This document shows, piece by piece, positions 9,715-19,925 of a stretch of 23,133 nucleotides of DNA. The notes beneath the pieces are model-generated. The model saw nothing but the letters and a program-made list of their open reading frames with translations, was not told the DNA's origin and searched no databases. This stretch comes from Folioceros fuciformis. Lineage: Eukaryota. Within the stretch, counting starts at the first letter, position 1. Every line of letters starts with the position of its first letter. The stretch lies in the NCBI GenBank assembly GCA_049999805.1, contig JBNGIO010006304.1, positions 416,157 to 439,289 of the forward strand. The letters run 5' to 3'. The translations under genes were made by a program, and so were the position numbers.

Positions 9715-10444
9715 GCACTCCCATCAGCTCGTTTCTCCTCTCAGAGGAGCTTGCCATACTAAGAAATGGTCCTATAGACTCCTCCGCCTTAGGCAGATCG
9801 TATCTCCCCCGGTCGCGACCTACAGAGGACGTCTTGGCATTGGGCTACGGCAATTAGCTTTGCTCCCCTATCTAGCTGACCTTGACGTGAAGATACCACG
9901 CTCAGACCAGGTTTGCTCACATCTTTCCGTGCCGCAAAGCCCGCGAGCTGATGCAGATATCGAAAGGAAGGCATGCTGCAGAACGGGACAAAATTCTGCC
10001 CCCTCCCTCCCCCAGAGAGAACCCGATGCGTGCCCGGGGATGATCTTGCCTCCTCGGGTGGGTGTGCGGCGCGCGTGAATCAGAAACCGGGTCTCGGCAT
10101 TGGCATTGGCATCGGCTGGCCCGCTGAGCAACTATGAGGGAGGTCTAGGAAGCAGCGCTTCCAATCTTGCAGTACTTGGCTTTCCAGATCCTTGCTCTGT
10201 CAGCTTCCGCTGCCCAGGGCTGGCACATTGCAGAAGAACCACGCTCTCATGTCAGAGCCTAGTGAAATTTCCTGTTCAGCAATCCTCCAGGCTACCTGAA
10301 ACGGGATGGTGATGCAAGTCCTGCAACACTGCACGACGCTGCAATGCAACGACGTTAATCGATCAGCCTTCGACCAGCATCTGCACAAGTCACGTTCCAT
10401 GGGGCACCCTGGAAACAACATCTCCAGCACTGCTGCAGACATCG

Positions 10445-12700
10445 TCACAAAACATGTGGCAGGAGCCCTTGGTTCTGCATTTGGACGAAAAGCTGATTCA
10501 GCCTAACATATATACTTTCACTCTCTGGATGCCTCGTGTCCCCAACCACAAAACTGTGCACCATCCCATCCAAAGTCTGTCCACCAGCTCTGGCCTGCCT
10601 CTTTCCATGCCCCGATGTCCAGTCTCCTCGCCTGCATCTCCTGCGCCTCTTCCCACATCTGGTTCTGGTATATATGTTTAACACCAACACGTATGCTGCA
10701 GCATCTTTCTTGTCTAGCTTCACTGCTTCATCGTAAGCATGGCGCCCCGCCTCTACATTGCTCCACTTTCGACAAGCACCTAAGAGAGTGCGCCAGACTA
10801 CACCAGTCGGCTGGACAGGCATAGTCTTAACTAAGCCGAGTGCCTCCTCTAGCCGGCCAGCACGACCAGGAGATCCACCATGCAGGTGTAGAGCTCCACG
10901 GTGGGAGTGAGGTTGTACTGTCTGCTCATAGCCTCGAAGTGCTCCTGGCCCTCGTTCGCCAGACCCGCATGAATACATACCGTTAGTACACTGACGAATG
11001 TGATGCTGGCTGGCTGAATGCCATCGGATGCTCTTGCATTCTGTGAAACAAATCAAGGTCCATTGTGCTGTCTCCTTGATGGCTGTGGCCTGCAATCAAA
11101 GCATTCCAGGTGATGACGTCTCGTTCAGCCAATGCCTCGCACACCTGCTATGCATCCATCACGCTCCCGCACTTGCCGTACATGCTTATCAGACTGATGG
11201 CAACCAGCACATCGGCTTGAAGGCCTCGGTCTTCAATCTGTCCATGAAGCTGCCTTCCCAGATGCAAAGCTGCCGTGTTTGCAGGAGGCATGCCAACGTC
11301 AAGTTGTTGGTTGCAGTGACGCCTTCTTCTTGAATTGCACTGTAAAGACGAAGCGCCTCCTGCCCCATACCCTGCTGGGCATACCCTGACATGAGAGCGG
11401 TCCATGTCACAAGGTTCTTTTCACCAAGCCCATCGAACACAACCGGAGCATCCTCCAAGCTGCCATGTTTGGCATACCCTGCTATCAGAGCTGTCCATGC
11501 CACGACATTGTGAGAAAGTCCGTCAAACACTGTTTTGGCTTCTTCCAAGGTGCCACACTTGACATACATGTTCACCAGGATCCCTCCTACGACCGCATCA
11601 GCCTGAAGTCCTCGTTCTCTGATCTCAGATGCCGGTGAAGCTGTTGCCACTTCTCCAAGGCGGGGGCTCCCACACTTGAGCATGTTTGCAGGAGACATCC
11701 GTATGTCACAGCATCGGGTTTAGCAGCACCACCTCCTTGCACAGCACTGTACAGACGAAGGGCTTCCTGACCCATGCTCTGCTGGGAATATCCTGCTATC
11801 AAGGCGGTGCAGGTTACGCCATCCTTTCGATCTACACCGTCAAACGCTCTTCGAGCAGCTTCCAAGCTGCCACACTTTGCATACCATGTCCACCCAAGGT
11901 GTTAACAGTACACGAAGGAATCAGGTTCCAGCCCGGTGGCGAGCACATCAGCATGCACCTGCTGCCCGGCTTCCCGATGTCTTTCCCCTTGCACAGGCCT
12001 GCAGAGCTGCTACAATTGCAACACATGGCCATCCGGTTTCACACTCGACCTGCGCATCCGACCATACAGTTGCATCGCCCGCTTATCTTGCCCATGTTTC
12101 CCATGAGCAGAGATTATGGAGGACCACATGCACGCATCTGGCTCGGCAACTGCAGCAAACACATCCATCGCTTCCTGCAACCTGGCATGAGAAGCATGCA
12201 CTCGCATGCTATGGTTGCACAAGAACGTGTCCGACTGACATCCCTCTTTCCCCGTGAGAGCATGGCGTCCCAGCACAAGGTGCCTTTCAACCCAACAACT
12301 TTTCAAGACAGCAGAGAAGAGAGACTGAGAAACACGACAGTCTGTCTGCACCAGGAATGCCAGACCCTCCACCACCTCAGTGAGCTCCCCTTGCTCACTC
12401 ACAAAACTGCCTCACAGCATCAGCCGTCACACACCTTCCGTGTCCTACAGGACCCCAACCCGGCCCCTCGACGCTCTTGAGCCAGCCGCCCGCCTGGCCC
12501 TTCCACCACCAGAGCTGCTGGCCCACCCAGACATTGTCCTGCAAGACTGCCCCCCTCCGCTGCGTGGTGATTTGCCAATGCTTCACAGCTGGAAGCCAAG
12601 CCAGCGGAGTCCTCCCAGAGACCCATTTGCCTCACCCGGTTCCAGAGGAGCTGCTGCTGCTGCTGCCACGAGATGATGCCCCGTGGCCCTGCATGTACGA
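10445..12700 (-). pseudogene. Frameshifted PLS-class PPR RNA-editing factor with E domain and truncated WW-type DYW start
   Basis: PPR motifs are scattered over several frames (DACMWSSIISAHGKHG, NVVAWTALIAGYAKHG, NLVTWTALMSGYAQQG, SLISMYGKCGSVMDA). E domain VWRTLLGACRKWSNVEAG, then AWKEAGQSWWTD..GMVHSFVVGDTRHP. There are many frameshifts. The 5' boundary is approximate. Confidence 0.88.
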
Positions 12701-13030
12701 AGTGCACCAAGCCAGGCAGCCATGGCTCAGCAGATTCACAGGATGAACGTGCGGGATCACCCATCAAGACACCCATCTTGTCCTTCTCCACACTGGACCC
12801 AACTCTCGTCCCATCAGAGCTCCTGCGTTGCAAGACTCCAAGCTGGACACACAAACACAAGCACACAGGGCTTCCCCACATCCTGCAAGCCAGAGAACAT
12901 GTTGCAAGTGAAGGTGCACGCCTCCATGCTACACCAAGGTCAGGAAAGCTTTCAAGACAGCAGCCATTGTGTCCGAGGCAAGTGATGTACATATGTACCG
13001 TATGCTGGAAGTCACATCCTACGGAGATCA

Positions 13031-13187
13031 CATACATACATACATACATACATACATGGAGTGGATGCATGAGTGGATGAAGAGATGTTTCTAGGCACAG
13101 ATGTACGTACATGTACATACATACATACATACATACATACATACATACATACATACATACNNNNNNNNNNATACATACATACATACA

Positions 13188-13217
<30 letters not shown>
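13031..13217. repeat. (TACA)n microsatellites, two tracts, the second containing a 10-N gap
   Basis: Tracts at about 13031-13057 and 13114-13217. Ns at 13161-13170. Confidence 0.97.
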
Positions 13218-13218
<1 letters not shown>

Positions 13219-14029
13219 GCAGGTTGAACATCACAGGCACGTGTAGGGGACAGACGTTTCTGGACGGCACTCCGGTTGGAGCTTGGGCCTCGTGGGGCCT
13301 GTAGAAGCAGACAACTGAAGGACAAAGGAGGGCGTGGGCCATCGGGTACAGCATGGAACCACGTTCTTTGGCCGGGCCCCTGCCGAGCCAGCCCACGTTC
13401 AACTGCAACCACCGCCAGACCTTGGTGTCGGCACCGGCTCACAATGATGTCATGCGCTGGACTATCTGCCATACATACATGCACATACATGAAAAAGGGG
13501 AATGTGATGCGAGCAGCCCGGCCATGAGCCCTATGATGAGTCGTACGTTTGTGTTCGACAGCTGACAGGTGACGGGTGACTGGTGACGGTCAGGGGTGGC
13601 TGATTCCTGCCTCCTGCGAAGCCTCTCCCTCCCATGCCAAGCACGGCCCTGCTAGCTGTGATGAGCCTGCCTGTGTGAGCTGTGAGACCGGCGAAACCAA
13701 ACCTATGGCGAAACCCCGGGAGGGCTTTGTGTATGTGTTTGTGAGTTGTGTGCGTCTGTGTGTTTTTGTGTTTTTTTTTCTTTTCCCCCTATCAGCAGCA
13801 TCTCGTAGCCAGCTGCACCGATTGTGGGAATGCCTCCAGCTGGAACGAGCTTGTCAGCTGGCATTAAAAGTGTAGAAGTGTACAGGAGAAAGCGGTAAAA
13901 GTGGGCCGCTGGCGAAACCTCGCTCGTGCCCAGACCCGGACGGGGAGTGGAATGAAGAGAGCTCGGTGCCAAAGAAACACTGGGTCGGGACAGGCAAGAG
14001 CTCGTCTGGTCCCGTCTCTGCTCTCTGCT

Positions 14030-14129
14030 NNNNNNNNNNNNNNNNNNNNNNNNNNNNNNNNNNNNNNNNNNNNNNNNNNNNNNNNNNNNNNNNNNNNNNN
14101 NNNNNNNNNNNNNNNNNNNNNNNNNNNNN
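14030..14129. other. 100-N assembly gap with a 20-bp sequence duplicated on both flanks
   Basis: TCCCGTCTCTGCTCTCTGCT occurs at 14010-14029 and again from 14130. Confidence 0.95.
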
Positions 14130-14334
14130 TCCCGTCTCTGCTCTCTGCTCTTCTCTTCCCTGCTCGGGTTTTCCGACGGAGGAGGGTGAAGGCGGAAGGG
14201 GAAGCAGAGAGGTGCCACGGCCTGCGGACTGCGCTGTTGCTCTGCCTGGACGCGCAGCGCTGCCGGATCGGCACGCTGCGCATTCCGTCCTGAGGCCAGT
14301 GCGGATCGGAGGCCGGAGCGGATCGGGGCCGGCC

Positions 14335-14534
14335 ATGGTTGTTAGGAGCAAGGGGCAGCAGGCAGGGGAAGGGAGCAGGAGCGGGAGCGGCCCCGGACAG
14401 CCCGCCCCGGAGCGCTGTTAATTGCGTTGCGGCCATTGCCCGGGGGCATGCACAGCCGGAGGTCGCTGCGGGAGCGCAGCACGATCGGGACGATCGGTAT
14501 GTGGCGGGGGAGCTTTGGCCGAATGGGAGCCTAG
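14335..14534 (+). promoter_or_regulatory. Two candidate uORFs in the CID gene leader (14335-14421 and 14448-14534, 28 aa each)
   Basis: gccATGg starts MVVRSKGQQAGEGSRSGSGPGQPAPERC*. ggcATGc starts MHSRRSLRERSTIGTIGMWRGSFGRMGA*. The transcription start is unknown. Confidence 0.4.
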
Positions 14535-14579
14535 CCGGTGACGGTGCCGGATCTGGAGCTTGAGGAGAGGGGAGGGGAT

Positions 14580-16929
14580 ATGATGGCCGTGGCGGACAAT
14601 GCGGGCGTGGACAGCATTACTATTGGCCTTATGAACATGGGCATGGGCATGGGGCTGTCTGGGCCGATGTCGCGCAACTATGCCCCGGATCAGGCCTCGC
14701 CTCAAGACCAGCATCTGCAGCAGCAGCAGCAACAGCACTTCCAGAAGCAACAGCAGCAGCATCGTCTGCAGCTGCAGCTGCAGCATCATCAGCAGCTGCA
14801 ACAGCAGCAACAGGCGCTGCACCAGCACCAGCAACAGGTGGTGCAGCATCATCAGCAGCAGCAACATCAGCAGCAGCAGCATCAGCTCCACCTTCAGCAG
14901 CAGCAGCAGCAGCAGCATTCGCAGCCGAAGCAGGTGGCATCGCTGGCCAGTCAGAAGCAGCTTCCGCCGCGGGCTAACGGGGTTGTCAATCACGCCAATG
15001 ACGACTCCGCGGGCTTGGATGCTCACAGCACTGTCAGCAATGACAGGATGCGAGAGCTGGAAGACCTGCTCACCACTCTCAATCCTTTGGCTAAGGAATT
15101 TGTGCCTCCGTCTTCTCAGTCCTCCGATGCCGGACCTGCAGCGGTTGCAGCGTCTGCGTCCAAGGGCCATTCGCGCAGGGTACAGCTCCGTCTTATTGCT
15201 ACTGCCGAGACTCTCAGCTGTGTGTCAAGCTTCTTTCCCTCGCTTCCTCCATCATCCGGTACTATATATCTCTGTCTGTGCCTGTGAAGAAAAACGGCTA
15301 TAACCTAGGGAAGAGACGAGTGAACAGTCGCACGAGTCGGGCGCAGCGGGAAGATAGCATTAGGAGGACTGTCTACGTCTCGGATATAGATCAACAGGTA
15401 GTAGTTTAATGCCGCATTGTGCCGCCTGCCGCACAAAACAGAAACCGCTGCTGGTTGCGCAATCTGCATATGCTTTCCTGCTGTATGCTTGCATTTGTAC
15501 GCTGGCAGGGCAGTAAGCGGATGCTAACATGACTTTCTTCGGACGGTTGTGCAGGTGACAGAGGAAAAGCTTGCTGCCTTGTTTGTCACGTGTGGCCAGG
15601 TATCATCATTTTGTATGCGTGCATCCCTTAATTGCCACGGAATTATGTGGGACAAGTTCATCTCATCGTCTTCTCCACACAGGTGGTGGACTGCCGAGTG
15701 TGTGGAGATCCAAATTCTGTCCTCCGCTTTGCTTTTGTTGAATTCACGGATGAAGGCAAGCATCTGTCTAGTGCTGTAAAGCCATTGTGTGATTGTGTGT
15801 GTCGTTTCAACCTTTTCACCAAGTCTTTCAGGGAAGCACTTTCAGCCTCAGTATGCTTCCAATTATGTATTTTGCGCTGACCTCCTTCTTGCGGATGACT
15901 GTCAGACGGTGCTCGTGCAGCACTAGGTCTTGCAGGAACAATGCTGGGCTACTATCCTGTCCGGGTTTTGCCGTCCAAGACGGCTATTGTGCCAGTAAAT
16001 CCTACATTTCTGCCTCGGGTACGCCTCACGTTCTTCTGTTCCTGTTTTCCAAGAAGTGTAAAAGGCTAGTAATGTCTGCCATCCCGCCTGCCAGGCTCCT
16101 TCACCTTTAGGACTAACTCAATGGATATGTTGTATGATGTCAAAGCGGTCTGTGTTCTCTTTTGTCACACACGGAATCATTTTCTTAACTCCAGTGTCAT
16201 ATGTTGTGTCTGCTGGCAGTCAGAAGACGAGAGGGAGATGTGCGCACGAACCATTTATTGCACGAACATAGACAAGAAGGTCATAAATTCTCTTGTTATC
16301 GCAATGCCGTCTGGTTGTAAAGTTGGATTATGATGTCTGGTTAGCGTCATGCTGTCTTTGGGGCACTTGCTTCAATTGGGCTCGTGTTTTACAGGTGTCT
16401 CAGGCGGACGTGAAGCTCTTCTTCGAGTCCTTGTGTGGGGAGGTATGACTTAAGTTCTGGGTGAAACTAATCTATGCTTCTCCGGTTGTGGTATTCCACT
16501 TCCTTGCAATGTTCTCAGTGCTGTGTTTCCTCTTTTCGGCGCTCGCTTGAAATTGTACTTCCTTGCTGCTTAAATCTTCAGGTCGCTCGGCTGAGATTAT
16601 TGGGAGATTTTCATCACTCTACACGTATAGCGTTTGTGGAATTTGTGATGGTAGGTGTTCGACCTTTGGTCACTTGCAAGTGGCATACGTGCGGTTGGGA
16701 ACTTAACGGAGTCGTGTTGTTGACAGGCTGAAAGTGCGATGAATGCACTCAATTGCAGTGGCGCTATTTTGGGGTCTCTCCCGATCAGGTTCAATATGTG
16801 TGTCCTTTGCGAGTCTTGCCAGCTCTACGTACGCACATTCCGTGGCCTTACATCCTAGCCTTGTCTCGCAGGGTTAGCCCATCGAAGACGCCCGTGAGAC
16901 CCCGCTCACCTCGGCCTCCACCACATTGA
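14580..16929 (+). CDS. CTC-interacting-domain RNA-binding protein (PAM2 + 2 RRM, CID8-13/RBP37-like PABP interactor), 10 exons, about 411 aa
   Basis: Exons: 14580-15179, 15290-15397, 15555-15599, 15683-15755, 15906-16018, 16220-16279, 16395-16442, 16582-16650, 16727-16788, 16872-16929. PAM2 motif LNPLAKEFVP. RRM motifs RRTVYVSDIDQQVTEE, CGDPNSVLRFAFVEF, RTIYCTNIDKKVSQADVK, HSTRIAFVEF. Ends RVSPSKTPVRPR. Confidence 0.95.
14703..14923 (+). repeat. Imperfect CAG/CAA/CAT-rich tract encoding a Q/H-rich region of about 70 aa
   Basis: QDQHLQQQQQQHFQKQQQQH...QQQQQQQHSQ within CID exon 1. Confidence 0.92.
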
Positions 16930-19925
16930 TTCTGCAGTAGTGGGTGCCAACGCATCATTATTTTCTGCCCATTGGAGTGGTCATCTGGCTGATGCTCTGC
17001 ACAAGTCTGAAGGACCCGGTCAGACTTTCCTTTATCCGACATTGGCACTGACATCAGCCATGTGGCTGTACGGGTCCTGGAATGAACCTGCAGGGGTCTA
17101 GGCTCATGATACATAACCTAGCTTAAACCAGTTACGGGGTAGCAATATCCCAGCATCTCGTTTTTTTCTATAGCTTCATTGCTAGAATTCAGAAACATTC
17201 AATTGACATGAATTCTTCCACAACCAGTTTTCACCCTCTATCTCAGCCAAAAACAAGGTTGGATGAGGAGAACCCACAGGCACAAAATTTCCCAGGTTTT
17301 GAGTCCTCCTTCACTGTGGGTTGGTCGTAGGAAGGCTACGTCCAATTCAGTCCAAGCTGGGAAAAAGGGGAGATTTTCCCTGTCAGCCCCAGATACACGG
17401 AATGCCGAGCGTGTGTGAAGTCAACCTTGTTTTCTTTAGGGCCCATGGAATTGTAGGGTCCTCTACTTTCTTCAAGAAACCACTACAGTCCTTGGAAAAT
17501 GGAGCCGTACTCTGAAGCTCGCTCAGACCCCGTGTCCACACCTGCAGCTTTTCATCTGCCTCACTTCAGTTGTTTGTGTGTGTAGAAGCACCTGAACAGC
17601 TGCCGCTGCGGGCCTCTGCATCAACCGATGCGTATGATGAACGGAAGGGGTGATCGTTGGCGCACTGAGTCGATGGCGGTTTGGTGCAGGGAGGAAGACC
17701 CGGTTATGGCATAGCACAGCGGCTACTGATGCGGTGCCTCCTTTCTTTGCGCATGGGAACAACTAAGGTAATAAATAGTACAGACCTAAATATCTCCATG
17801 GTATCGATATATCCTATATTCTTCGATTTCAGAAGTACAAGAAGGGACTAAGCGGTAAACTGGATAGCTAGAGGCTGTGGTTACCTCTACGACAAAAGCG
17901 GACAGTGGTGTTGTCCGTTTCTTGCGCTCCAATGGTCTCTCCCCTTCCTTGTCCTACGGAAAGCCGAGTGTAGCCGCCCGGACTGTGCCACCTAATAAAC
18001 CCGCGTGACCCATTTGGCCAATGGTTTTTTATCAACATCTGCGGACAGACGGGCCTACGGTATGGCATGCCATAATTCGATACCGCAGGATGCGCTGGGT
18101 TTTGGCGAAAAATAATTGATTACAATTACGATTCAATTTTAAAATGTGGGTAATTTTCACCGGGTAAGATGTGCACCCTTCTCATGTAGGATAAGACATC
18201 ACTAAACTGCACAAATTCCTTGACAGCAATTCCAATAGGAGACCATAGGTGAAGAGCAAACCAATTTGTGTCACTTCCTCTTTCCACCGCTTTTCTTGCA
18301 AACTTGGAAGAAGAATAAGTTTCTTGTATGTTCCTCTTCACATTGCCCAATTGCACCAAGCTCTTTACATCAATGAAAGGAACAGCTTCACATGGCTTTT
18401 ATTGTAGCCTTCCAATCCATCTTTTTGGTTCGTGGATCATGCATGTGCATAAGAAACATCTTCCAATGACTCCTTCTCCTTTTCTAATTCCTTCTCCTCT
18501 CCAGTTGCATGTCTATTAAAGATAATGATACAAAGCTAACGATGCTTACCATAAGATAGAGCTAGCATATGCAAACATAAGCATAAGGTAGCAAGTAATT
18601 GCTATGAATGAAATAAAGTTCTATATCTTCAGCAAAGAGCTGGATTAACTTCAACTATCTTTGTTTATCCTCTACTTAGATAATGCTTAGCTTCCTTTTA
18701 GGGTAACAAAGCTCTTTGCAACCATTGAGCTCGTTCTTTATCTCTTTTCTAGTCCTAGTTAGGAAGAAGATGTCAAATTCTTATTGAAAGTTCTCCATGA
18801 AGTCATAGAAGAGCTAAAAATTGAAGAACATGGATAGATCCGCTCATTGCCTCAAATATGTGTGAATGGTGTTGTGGTGTGAACAAGTTTTACGTGAATA
18901 GGTTTTACCTGAACATCCTTTGAGGATACTCTCCTTGTCCATGTCCATGCCGAATGACAATCCCTCAAGTCGGGTTTACACTATGGTGGTCATGCCACAG
19001 TATTTGGAAACAGAGAGCCGAGATTGGGTGGTGCCCACAAACCCCTTGTACACTATGCGATCATATCATGATGACATGACAACTTCTCGCACTTGTGAAA
19101 GTTGTAAGTAGGTACTGGTCCAAAGGGCCGATAGCTATAGCTACTCTTTGGGCTGGTAGCTATTGACACGCTCTACTTATGTCAAACCCAAAAACTTGTA
19201 TGCAATAGCATTTGGACATGTGGCATATTTCAGAATGTCAATTGATTCACTACGCATGGTATGCTTGGATACCCCATTCACATGTCGTTCGCCATATTAC
19301 CTCATGTAAAGTATAGCACTGGAAGATCTTTCACAAAGTCACACTGTAAACTTAGGTTTGCCTAAGTATGGCAGACATGGATATATTAATGTGTCAACCT
19401 CGTAACACAATGTGTCATACGTAAGTGGTGGTTTTAGTGGTCCTCATTAGTGGTAAGTGAGCGGCTTTTTGCCAGGGAAAAGTTATGCAGGCTCACAAAT
19501 GAGCACATTTTCACCTAAAACGACCAATTTCTCATTGTCGCTGTTCACAATGCCTATTTTTGGGGTGTTTGCCATTAGCAACACCTTGCCATCGATTGCC
19601 ATGAGCGGGTTGGTAACATGCCTATCTTGCAAAAAACAAGCTTGATATTTTTATGGCTTCTAGTTTCATAGAGGGCTCTAGCTAGGTTACGAATTCGCTT
19701 CACTTGGGCTTGATATCCAAGCATCTCAACTTTTACTGGTTGTTCTTCTTCATCAATAATTGGAGCCCTATGTCCATTTCTAATACCATGTTGTACTCCA
19801 TTCAGTTCATACAAGGATAGGGTCTGACCTAAGTAAGAGTCAGGAGTAGAAGAAACTTATATTACTTGGCACAAATCATTCCCCTGGGAGCGAATCCCAT
19901 GGCTACAATGACATAGAGGCTTTGT

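Noticed and set aside
12420..13490. 356-aa ORF and other MYVC/HTYI-repeat ORFs
   Set aside because: They are translations of the (TACA)n microsatellite across an N gap. Only the part nearest 12420-12700 may belong to the PPR N-terminus.
14010..14149. 20-bp direct repeat as a target-site duplication
   Set aside because: It flanks a 100-N gap exactly, which is typical of overlapping contig ends.
14418..15303. Poly-Leu, poly-Ala and poly-Ser ORFs
   Set aside because: They are alternative frames and strands of the CAG-rich polyQ tract.
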